From Acidimicrobiia bacterium (GTDB lineage Bacteria > Actinomycetota > Acidimicrobiia > Spongiisociales > UBA5794): a DNA stretch of 64,000 bases. A program made the translations under genes and the position numbers. Shown here piece by piece: positions 26,610 through 34,527 of the stretch; position 1 is the stretch's first letter, and every line of letters starts with the position of its first letter. The stretch is taken from positions 32,389 to 96,388 of the forward strand of contig JBFGCM010000001.1 in assembly GCA_041581135.1 (NCBI GenBank), given 5' to 3'. The notes beneath the pieces are model-generated. The model searched no databases, had not been told where the DNA came from, and saw only the letters and a program-made list of their open reading frames with translations.

Positions 26610-27205
26610 TGCCGCACCCGGCCGTCGCCCTGCTCGAGTTCTCGTCCGTAGCCCACGGCATCGCGGCGGGGGACGCCATGGTGAAGGCGGCCCCGGTCGG
26701 TGCGATCCACGCCGGGTCCGTCCAACCCGGGAAGTACCTCGTGCTGGTGGCCGGAGACACCGCCAGCGTGGCGACCGCCGTCGAGGCCGGGCAGGCGACG
26801 TCGGCGAGTGCCCACCTGGCGACGGTCTTCCTCCCGGACATTCACCCCGATGTCTCTGCTGCCATCAGGGGGAGCAGGGCCGACCCTGACGGAGAAGCAC
26901 TCGGCATCGTGGAGACGACCACCGTGAGCGACGCCATCGCCGCCGCCGACGCAGGGGTGAAGGGCGCTGCGGTCGTGCTTCACGCCATTCGCATGGCGGA
27001 CGGTCTCGGCGGCAAGGGGTATGCGTTGTTCGCCGGGCCGGTCGCCGAGGTGGAAGCCGCCATCGAGATCGGATCGGCCCGAGTGGCGCCCGATGTGCTC
27101 ATCGGCGCGGTGGTCGTGCCGCAGCTCCATGCCGAGATGGCCGCCAACGTGTGGACTGAGCCCCGCTTTCGCCGAGTCGTGGCGAGCCCGGACGAAGTCT
27201 CCTGA
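26609..27205 (+). CDS. BMC-T shell protein, tandem canonical BMC domains (PduT-like), no cysteines
   Basis: Two BMC domains are present: VALLEFSSVAHGIAAGDAMVKAAPV... and ALGIVETTTVSDAIAAADAGVKGAAV.... The start overlaps the AldDH stop by 1 nt. Confidence 0.85.
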   Translation: MPHPAVALLEFSSVAHGIAAGDAMVKAAPVGAIHAGSVQPGKYLVLVAGDTASVATAVEAGQATSASAHLATVFLPDIHPDVSAAIRGSRADPDGEALGIVETTTVSDAIAAADAGVKGAAVVLHAIRMADGLGGKGYALFAGPVAEVEAAIEIGSARVAPDVLIGAVVVPQLHAEMAANVWTEPRFRRVVASPDEVS

Positions 27206-27495
27206 TGCAGCTGGGACGCGTCACCGGGACGGTGGTGGCCACCGTGAAGACCCCCGGACTCGAAGGAGTCCGCTTCCTGGTGGTGCAACCCCTGGACCGC
27301 CGACGTCAGCCCTCCGGGGAAGCGGTGGTGGCGGCCGACGCGGTGCACATGGCCGGCCGAGGTGAGCTCGTGTACTTCGTGTCCTCCCGCGAGGCGGCCC
27401 AGGCGATGCCCGACACCTTCGTCCCGGTGGATCATGCCATCGTCGGCATCGTCGACGCCATCGAGTCCTCCGGTCACGGAGCAGAGCCGCTGTGA
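27205..27495 (+). CDS. BMC-P pentameric vertex protein (EutN/CcmL family), copy 2
   Basis: MQLGRVTGTVVATVKTPGLEGVRFLVVQPLD...AADAV...AIVGIVD. The ATG overlaps the upstream TGA. Confidence 0.9.
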   Translation: MQLGRVTGTVVATVKTPGLEGVRFLVVQPLDRRRQPSGEAVVAADAVHMAGRGELVYFVSSREAAQAMPDTFVPVDHAIVGIVDAIESSGHGAEPL

Positions 27496-27520
27496 GCCCG
27501 GTGCTATGGGGTGGCGGCCG

Positions 27521-27790
27521 ATGAAGGTGGCCCGGGTCGCCGGCACCGTGGTCTCCACCATCAAGGCGCCCGTGTTCGAAGCGCGCACACTCTTGTTGTG
27601 CGACCTGCTCGATGCTGACGGGGTTGCCGCCGGGTACGTCATCGCCCTCGACCTGGTGGGCGCCGGAGCGGGCGAGACCGTGCTCGTGCTGGACGAGGGC
27701 AGCTCGGCCCGCCAGCTGCTCGGCATGGAGGTGGCGCCCGTGCGCGCCGTCATCGTGGCCATTGTCGATCACGTCGAAGGCATGGGGTGA
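27521..27790 (+). CDS. BMC-P pentameric vertex protein (EutN/CcmL family), copy 3
   Basis: MKVARVAGTVVSTIKAPVFEARTLLLCDLLD...ALDLVGAGAGETVLV...AIVD. An alternative ATG is at 27506. Confidence 0.85.
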   Translation: MKVARVAGTVVSTIKAPVFEARTLLLCDLLDADGVAAGYVIALDLVGAGAGETVLVLDEGSSARQLLGMEVAPVRAVIVAIVDHVEGMG

Positions 27791-28191
27791 GCGGGCGGTC
27801 TCTACTCGCCGGGCTGCTCTTGGTGCTGGCGGCGTGTGACGGCGAGTCGATCGATGCTGCCAAGGTGGACACCTGTGACGATCTGCCTGCGGTGGGCATC
27901 GAGCTCGTGGAGCGCTACCTCGAAGCGCTCGAGGGCCAGCCCATCACGGTGCTCACCGGTCGGGAGCCTGCGCCTCCAGAGATCGAGGAGTTGGACGCGG
28001 CCGGCGCCACGCTGGACGCCCGGGCCGCCGCCCTGGGCTGTGACCCGGTGGCATTGAACGCTGCGGTGGTCGTCGGGATCTCGGATCTGGATACGGAAGA
28101 TCCGGCGGGTCGGCTGCTGCTCGAGCAAGTACGAGCCGGCGTCGATGCGCCGCTGCCGCCAACGCCCACGGAGCCGCCCGGCGACGGATGA
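27787..28191 (+). CDS. Small lipoprotein, unknown function
   Basis: GTG at 27787 overlaps the stop of the last BMC-P (GTGA). The lipobox is LLLVLAAC|DG. Confidence 0.55.
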   Translation: MSGRSLLAGLLLVLAACDGESIDAAKVDTCDDLPAVGIELVERYLEALEGQPITVLTGREPAPPEIEELDAAGATLDARAAALGCDPVALNAAVVVGISDLDTEDPAGRLLLEQVRAGVDAPLPPTPTEPPGDG

Positions 28192-28197
28192 CGCCCG

Positions 28198-28911
28198 TCA
28201 GCGCGGGGTGTTGGTGAGACGTGACGCCGCAGGCTCGTCCAGGAACCAGTGAGCGCGCGCCGCGCCGTCGATCACGCGCCCTGCCGGGAGATCCGCTTCC
28301 TGATCGAGGATGCGGTGTACCGCGTCTGCTTTCGCTTCACCTGAGACGATGAAGACGAGGTCTCGGGCGGCCCACAGCATCGGCAGCGTTGCCGTGAGCC
28401 GCCAGGCCATCTTGGACTCCACCCATGTCGCCACGTACGAGCGCTCCATCTCGGCCAACGCGTCCGTGCCCGGGAACAGCGAAGCCGTGTGGCCATCGTC
28501 GCCGAGTCCGAGGATGACGACGTCCGCCTGGGGTCGACCGTCCACCATCGGCATGAACGTCTCCAACCGCAGCTCGTAGGCGGCCGCAGCGTCGTGGGGA
28601 TCTCCCACGTGCCAGTCGGGTGCGTGGAGTCGCGACGGGATGTGGTCGACGAGCTCGCTCCTCGCCATGCCTGCGTTGGAGTCTTCGTGATGGCTCGGCA
28701 CCCATCGTTCGTCGCCGAGCCAGATGTCCACCTGGTCCCACGGCGCGTGTTCGCCACGTAGGGCGCGGTACGTGGCCCGCGGCGTCGCTCCTCCTGCCAG
28801 GCCCAGCGAGGCGGGGCGATTCAGATCGCGCAGCGTCCGCGACACGAACCCGGCCGCCTCGGTCGCCAGGAGCTGCGCAGTCGGGTAGATGGTGACGTCG
28901 ATGATCGGCAC
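28198..28911 (-). CDS. pgl: 6-phosphogluconolactonase
   Basis: Contains LGLAGGATP, WLGDERWVP and LGLGDDGHTASLFP, the motifs of the Pgl/NagB family. Confidence 0.85.
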   Translation of the reverse strand: MPIIDVTIYPTAQLLATEAAGFVSRTLRDLNRPASLGLAGGATPRATYRALRGEHAPWDQVDIWLGDERWVPSHHEDSNAGMARSELVDHIPSRLHAPDWHVGDPHDAAAAYELRLETFMPMVDGRPQADVVILGLGDDGHTASLFPGTDALAEMERSYVATWVESKMAWRLTATLPMLWAARDLVFIVSGEAKADAVHRILDQEADLPAGRVIDGAARAHWFLDEPAASRLTNTPR

Positions 28912-29101
28912 AGGCTATCGGCTTGCGTCACGCTCCACCGTATCGGGCCCCTGGGTCCTTCTCGATGACCACCAGGAGTGTCGCTGAATGTCTAGTCAGC
29001 TGCACAGAGTGGTTACTTGTGATACCGTTGGCGCGTCGCCTGTGGGGGCGATCGCGTCGGTGGCGACCGGCGGTAGACGAATCGATACAGGGGATGTGGC
29101 G

Positions 29102-29809
29102 ATGCAGCAGCTCACGCGCCGAGAGGCGCTCAAGCGCGGTGCGGTGGTCGCAGGCGGAGTCGCTTGGATGACCCCCGTGGTGCAGGCGGTAGGGATGACC
29201 TCGGCATTCGCTCAGGCCGTCTCTCCAGGATGCATTCAGTACGTGATCAACTTCCAGGTCGACGCCAACGCGATATCACTGCCGGCAGGCACCATCGTCG
29301 ACGAGCAGTGGGCGGCGTTCGGCATTCACTTCGAGTCGGGTTCGGCAACGCACCCGCTGATGATCTTCGACTCGTCGCTTCCGACCGGTGGCGATGTCGA
29401 CCTCGGCACGCCCCATGAGGACTTCGGTGGCCCGGGAGTCGGGGCTGGTGGAGCCTCCGGGCAGCCCGGCGAGAACTCGGTGGGGCTGGGCAACGTGTTG
29501 ATCATCTCCGAGGATGGCGACACCCTCGACCCTGATGACAATGCCGGCGGCGGTTCGATCATCGTGACGTTCGATGCCCCCACAGATGTCGAGTCCGTGC
29601 AGCTCCTGGACATCGATGGCGACGAAGTAGCCGGCACCATCACCACGTACGACGACAGCAACAGCGTGATCGATGCCATGGCAATTGCTGCGCTCGGGGA
29701 CAACAGCGTGCAGACGATCGACGTGGGTTCCACCGGCGTGAGCACACTCGAGATATTCCTCATCTCGAGTGGCGCAGTGCCTGCCATCACGGTCTGCCTC
29801 CCGCAGTAG
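29102..29809 (+). CDS. Tat-exported hypothetical protein
   Basis: MQQLTRREALKRGAVVAGGVAWMTPVVQAVGMTSAFAQA is a twin-arginine-type signal. The mature part is Gly/Asp-rich and has no recognisable domain. Confidence 0.6.
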   Translation: MQQLTRREALKRGAVVAGGVAWMTPVVQAVGMTSAFAQAVSPGCIQYVINFQVDANAISLPAGTIVDEQWAAFGIHFESGSATHPLMIFDSSLPTGGDVDLGTPHEDFGGPGVGAGGASGQPGENSVGLGNVLIISEDGDTLDPDDNAGGGSIIVTFDAPTDVESVQLLDIDGDEVAGTITTYDDSNSVIDAMAIAALGDNSVQTIDVGSTGVSTLEIFLISSGAVPAITVCLPQ

Positions 29810-29830
29810 TTGCAGCGCTAGCGTGCGCCC

Positions 29831-30520
29831 ATGGCGCGCGCCGTGGTCATTCCATGGTCCTCCGGACGGGCTGGCGGAACCGTTGCCGGGACTCTGGCCC
29901 GGCCGCGGGGGCAGGGGTCGGGCTTCGGTGTGCTGCTCGCCCACGGAGCCGGCGCCGGGCAGGATCACCCGTTCATGTCGCGGTTCCGGGACGGGCTGGC
30001 GGCTTCCGGTCATCTGGCGATGACCTTCGACTACGCCTACATCGCCGAGGGTCGCAAGGCCCCGGATCGGCCTCCCAAGCTGCTGGCCGTGCATCAGGCG
30101 GCGACCACCAAGTTGGCGGGCTATGCGGACCGTATCGTGCTCGCCGGCAAGTCCATGGGTGGCCGCATGGCGTCGCATCTGGCGGCAGGGGTGGCCCCGG
30201 ATGGCACCGAATTCGACGCCGCGCCCTGCGCCGGCCTCGTGTACCTCGGGTATCCGTTGATCCCCGTGGGCAAGACCGAACCCCGGGACGTCTCCCATCT
30301 GGCGAAGGTGGGCGCTCCGATGCTGTTCGTCGCCGGGACGCGGGATCGACTGGCTCCACTGGAGAGCGTCCAGCGCGTTGTCACCTCGTTGCCCGACGCC
30401 GATCTGCAGGTGGTCGAAGGGGGTGATCACTCGTTCCGGGTGCCGAAAGGGCGAGACGATGCGGAGGTCCTCGGAGAAGTGATCCAAGCGGTGGCCGGGT
30501 GGATCGGCACCCTCAGGTGA
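29831..30520 (+). CDS. Alpha/beta hydrolase (dienelactone-hydrolase/KANL3-like)
   Basis: The nucleophile elbow is GKSMGG. Also has LFVAGTRD and a C-terminal GGDHSF. Confidence 0.75.
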   Translation: MARAVVIPWSSGRAGGTVAGTLARPRGQGSGFGVLLAHGAGAGQDHPFMSRFRDGLAASGHLAMTFDYAYIAEGRKAPDRPPKLLAVHQAATTKLAGYADRIVLAGKSMGGRMASHLAAGVAPDGTEFDAAPCAGLVYLGYPLIPVGKTEPRDVSHLAKVGAPMLFVAGTRDRLAPLESVQRVVTSLPDADLQVVEGGDHSFRVPKGRDDAEVLGEVIQAVAGWIGTLR

Positions 30521-31003
30521 TCAGCCGCTCCAGTCCGCCGCCGTCTTCGGATCGCTGCCGGAAGACGTGAGATTGGCCGCACCCCCGGCGACGCTGTCTC
30601 CCTCCTGCCAGACGCCCGCCGCCACGGCGGTCGCCGTGCGTCCATGCGGGTCGCCGCCCCACTGCACGTAGCGCAGCATGGCATCGGGATCGTCGAAGCT
30701 GCGGCTGGTGTACAGGGCCATCTCACCGTCGCCGGCGTCCACGGAGAAGGCAACGTCGACGCTGGCGCCGGGTGCCACTTCTCCGGCAGGCACCTCGATG
30801 TACGTGGGGCGGTTGCAGAGGAAGTGGCCGGTGAGGTCGTAGGGAGTGGCTCCGTCGTTGCGCAACGTCACGGTTCCGCTCGCGAAGTCGATGGCGGCGA
30901 TGACCATGTCGCTGCCTTCACCGGCGTCTTGGCCCGGGGAGTCGTCGCCTCCACACGCGGCCGCCGCCAGCGCAACGATCAGGATGAGCAGACGTAGCCG
31001 CAT
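30521..31003 (-). CDS. Lipoprotein, unknown function
   Basis: Trimmed to MRLRLLILIVALAAAAC|GG, which is preceded by AGGAGG. Confidence 0.65.
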   Translation of the reverse strand: MRLRLLILIVALAAAACGGDDSPGQDAGEGSDMVIAAIDFASGTVTLRNDGATPYDLTGHFLCNRPTYIEVPAGEVAPGASVDVAFSVDAGDGEMALYTSRSFDDPDAMLRYVQWGGDPHGRTATAVAAGVWQEGDSVAGGAANLTSSGSDPKTAADWSG

Positions 31004-31066
31004 GGATGGACCTCCTGGGTTCGGGCGGTTGTGGAACTGTACGCAGCGTCTTGGCCGCCGGTTCAC

Positions 31067-31939
31067 TCAACCCTCGTGCCAGTACCTACCGGCTCGCACC
31101 TTGCCCTTGACGGTCTCGAGCACCCATGCCGAGCCCTTCTCCCACACCAGCCCGCCGTTCAGCGGGATGCCGGCATCGCCGAACTGTGCCAGGAGCTCGG
31201 CGATGAGTTGGCGGTGCGTGCACATCACGACGGTTCTGGCGCGGCTCTGCTTGATCAGCTTGAGTGCGTCGGCCGGCGTGGCATCCTCGGCCAGGGCCGC
31301 TTCCTGATCGATCTCGAGATGGAGCGCGGCGGCGATGGGATGGACGGTCTGGAGGCATCGAATGTAGGGACTCGAAGCGACCCGGGTGATGGGCACCGTG
31401 GACAGCAACTTGCGCACTCGTTTGGCCTGGATCTTGCCCTTCTTGCTGAGCGGGCGCTGGTGATCGTCTCCCTTCCAGTCGCGGCGGGTGCCGGCGTGTG
31501 CGTGACGTACCAGGTACACCCGGCCGCTGTCGGGATTGGCGAGTTGGTTGGCGGCTCGTCCCAGCACGGCGCGATCCAGTGGATGGGTGAGCAGGGTGGC
31601 GGCATCGAACGCAGGGAGCCATCGGACCTCGTCGACCTCGCTGTTGGGGGTGAACGTGCCGTCCTTCGGTTCCATGAGCCAGTACCGCACGACCTTGCGG
31701 TTGTCCGCCGGGGTCACATAGGACACGGTGCCGAGCTTCGTCCCGACATCACACTTGAAGCCGGTCTCTTCGAGCACCTCGCGTTTGGCCGCCTGTTTGA
31801 ACGTCTCCCCGGCGTCGAGCTTGCCCTTGGGGAGCGACCAGTCGTCGTAGCGGGGGCGATGCACCAGCAAGAATTCCTGCTTGCCGTCGGATCGGACGCG
31901 ATGGACCACGCCGCCGGCGGCGACAACGGTTGACTCCAC
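31067..31939 (-). CDS. mutT1: NUDIX hydrolase fused to histidine-phosphatase (SixA-like) domain, MutT1-type
   Basis: The Nudix box is GKLDAGETFKQAAKREVLEETG. The C-terminal half has LVRHAHAG, an RHG-type histidine phosphatase motif. The gene sits directly downstream of ppk1, as in mycobacteria. Confidence 0.8.
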   Translation of the reverse strand: MESTVVAAGGVVHRVRSDGKQEFLLVHRPRYDDWSLPKGKLDAGETFKQAAKREVLEETGFKCDVGTKLGTVSYVTPADNRKVVRYWLMEPKDGTFTPNSEVDEVRWLPAFDAATLLTHPLDRAVLGRAANQLANPDSGRVYLVRHAHAGTRRDWKGDDHQRPLSKKGKIQAKRVRKLLSTVPITRVASSPYIRCLQTVHPIAAALHLEIDQEAALAEDATPADALKLIKQSRARTVVMCTHRQLIAELLAQFGDAGIPLNGGLVWEKGSAWVLETVKGKVRAGRYWHEG

Positions 31940-34075
31940 TCATTCCCTCCCGACGCGGTCGAGTGCCATGGCCTGGAGCGTGTCGTGCGCGTTGATGTTG
32001 CGGAGGTTCTCGGCGCGGGTCCAATCGCCGTCGGTGCCGAGCTCCCACGCCAGGACGTCGTCTTCCAGGCAGACGTGGAGGATCTCCTCCAGCCGCTGCT
32101 GCAGTCGGGGATCCACCACCGGTACGAGCGCCTCGACCCGGCCGTCGAGATTGCGCGGCATCATGTCTGCCGAGCCGATGTAGTACACGGCCTGCCCGAC
32201 CTTCCCGAAGCGGTACACGCGGCTGTGTTCGAGGAAGCGCCCGACGATGGAGCGCACCTGGATGTCCCCCGTGCCGGGCAATGCCCCGGGGCGGAGGCAG
32301 CAGATGCCACGGATGATCAGGTCCACCCTGCAGCCGGCTTGAGCGGCGGCGTAGAGCTCGTCGATGATGTCCGAATCGACCAGATGGTTGGCCTTCATGA
32401 CGATGTGACCGTCGCTGCCCTTGGCTGCCTCGTCCCGGATGCGCTCGGTGATCCGGGTGCGCAATGAGGCCGGCGCCACCAGCAGCCGGTTGTAGTTCGC
32501 TCCCTGGCTGAAGCCGGTCAATTCGTTGAACAACAGCGAGAGATCGGCGCCGATGAGTGGGTCGGCGGTGTACAAGCCGAGGTCTTCGTAGATGCGTGCG
32601 GTATTCGGGTTGTAGTTGCCGGTCCCGATGTGGGCATAGCGACGGATCCCGTCGCTCTCCCGGCGCACCACGAGCAGGATCTTCGAGTGGGTCTTGAGTC
32701 CGGTGACGCCGTACACCACGTGGACCCCGGCGGCCTCCAGCATTCGCGCCCACTGGATGTTGGCCTCCTCGTCGAACCGGGCTTTCAGCTCGACGAGTAC
32801 CACCACTTGCTTGCCGGCCTGAGATGCCTCGATGAGCGACCGGACGATGGCCTCTTCACCACCCAGTGCCGGGTCGGCGGGGATCGAGGTGCGATACAGC
32901 GTCTGTTTGATCGCGAGCACGTCTGGATCGGTTGCTGCTTGGGCCAGGAACGCCCCGGTCGAGGTGGCGAACGACTCATAGGGATGGTGCACGAACACGT
33001 CACCGTTGCGAATGACCTCGAACATGTCGACATCGCCGGTGCCACCGCCGAGCCGTTGCGGCGTCACCGGTGTCCAGACCGGAGCCTTGAGCTCTGGCCG
33101 ATCGAGGGCGTGGAGACCCCAGAGGGCGTCCAGTCCGAGCAAGGACTCGGAGCGGTAGACGTCCCTCGGTTCGAGCTGGAGCTGGCTGGTGAGCAGGTTG
33201 GAGACGTGATCGGTCATGTCCGGGCCTACCTCGAGCCGGACCGCCGCCGCGAACCGCTGTCGGAACAACAGCACCGATTCCATGGCCTCGAGCAGGTCGC
33301 CGGCTTCTTCTTCCTCCACCGCCAGGTCGGCGTTGCGGGTGACGCGGAAGATGTAGTGCGCCACGATCTGGCGGCCGGGGAACAGGCGGTCGACATGGGC
33401 GGCGATCACCTGTTCCAAGGGCACGAAGGTGTGCCCGTCACCCACTTGCACGAAGCGATCGAGGATCTGGGGCACCTTCACCCTGGCGAAGCGGGTGGAG
33501 GACCGATCACTGTCGTGCACCACGACGGCCAGGTTCATGGACAGGTTGGAGATGTAGGGGAATGGGTGGGAGGGATCGACCGCCAGGGGCGTGAGCACAG
33601 GGAAGATGTCTCGGTCGAACACCTCGCCGAGGTGGGCCTTGTCCGTCTCGTTCAGCTCAACCCAATCGGCCACCACGATGCCTTCAGCGGCGAGTCCCGG
33701 GCGAACCTCCTTGGCCCACACGTTGTCCATGCGTTGGGTGATGGCGTCGCACTGGTCACGGATGATGTCGATGAGCTCCCGCGGATGGATGCCGTCCGGT
33801 CCGGCAGTGCCGACGCCGGACTTCAACTGCTCCTTGAGGCCGGCGACCCGCACCTGGAAGAACTCGTCGATGTTCTGGCTGACGATGGCGAGGAACTTGG
33901 AGCGCTCGAGCAGCGGCAACCGGTCGCTCTCGGCGAGCGCCAGCACCCGCTCTTGGAAATCGAGCAACGACAACTCACGATTGGTGTACGCGGCGGTCAC
34001 GAGTACCGGACATGGTACCGGTAACGAGTCGAGCGTGGTCAGGTTGCGGCGCGCGCCGGCATACGCTGGGGGCAT
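31940..34075 (-). CDS. ppk: Polyphosphate kinase 1
   Basis: Contains NRELSLLDFQERVLALA, KFLAIVSQNIDEFFQVRV and two PLD-like C-terminal domains. The ATG at 34075 abuts the divergent DUF427 start, so GTG at 34000 is an alternative start. Confidence 0.9.
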   Translation of the reverse strand: MPPAYAGARRNLTTLDSLPVPCPVLVTAAYTNRELSLLDFQERVLALAESDRLPLLERSKFLAIVSQNIDEFFQVRVAGLKEQLKSGVGTAGPDGIHPRELIDIIRDQCDAITQRMDNVWAKEVRPGLAAEGIVVADWVELNETDKAHLGEVFDRDIFPVLTPLAVDPSHPFPYISNLSMNLAVVVHDSDRSSTRFARVKVPQILDRFVQVGDGHTFVPLEQVIAAHVDRLFPGRQIVAHYIFRVTRNADLAVEEEEAGDLLEAMESVLLFRQRFAAAVRLEVGPDMTDHVSNLLTSQLQLEPRDVYRSESLLGLDALWGLHALDRPELKAPVWTPVTPQRLGGGTGDVDMFEVIRNGDVFVHHPYESFATSTGAFLAQAATDPDVLAIKQTLYRTSIPADPALGGEEAIVRSLIEASQAGKQVVVLVELKARFDEEANIQWARMLEAAGVHVVYGVTGLKTHSKILLVVRRESDGIRRYAHIGTGNYNPNTARIYEDLGLYTADPLIGADLSLLFNELTGFSQGANYNRLLVAPASLRTRITERIRDEAAKGSDGHIVMKANHLVDSDIIDELYAAAQAGCRVDLIIRGICCLRPGALPGTGDIQVRSIVGRFLEHSRVYRFGKVGQAVYYIGSADMMPRNLDGRVEALVPVVDPRLQQRLEEILHVCLEDDVLAWELGTDGDWTRAENLRNINAHDTLQAMALDRVGRE

Positions 34076-34523
34076 GGAGAGCGTGTGGGACTACCCCCGG
34101 CCCCCCGCAGTGGAACCGGTAGATCGCCGAATCCGGGTCCGGCTCGACGGGCGCGACATCGTCGATACCACCGACGTGGTGAGGGTCCTCGAGACCAGTC
34201 ATCCGCCGGTCTACTACGTGCCGCGGGCCGCGGTGGGCCCCGGGATGCTCATCCCGTCGGACCGCCGCAGTTTCTGCGAGTTCAAGGGAGTCGCCCACTA
34301 CCTCAGCACAGCTTCGGTGGCCGACGTCGCCTGGTACTACCCGGAGCCGGCCGCAGGCTACGAGTCGCTGACCGACCGCATCGCCTTCTACGCGAGTCGG
34401 GTCGAGGCCTGCTACGTGGACGACGAGCGGGTCGATCCGCAGGCCGGCGACTTCTATGGGGGCTGGATCACCAAGGACATCACCGGACCGTTCAAAGGAG
34501 CGCCGGGCACCGGCGGGTGGTGA
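34074..34523 (+). CDS. DUF427 domain protein
   Basis: MESVWDYPRPPAVEPVDRRIRV...YYVP...CEFKGVAHY...FYGGWIT is the typical DUF427 pattern. Confidence 0.75.
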   Translation: MESVWDYPRPPAVEPVDRRIRVRLDGRDIVDTTDVVRVLETSHPPVYYVPRAAVGPGMLIPSDRRSFCEFKGVAHYLSTASVADVAWYYPEPAAGYESLTDRIAFYASRVEACYVDDERVDPQAGDFYGGWITKDITGPFKGAPGTGGW

Positions 34524-34527
34524 CCGA

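Noticed and set aside
28912-29101. ~190-nt relatively AT-richer leader upstream of the Tat-exported protein, considered as a possible riboswitch or sRNA
   Set aside because: I could not recognise any known riboswitch core or a convincing conserved structure by eye. It is probably just a promoter and 5' UTR. An Rfam scan would settle it.
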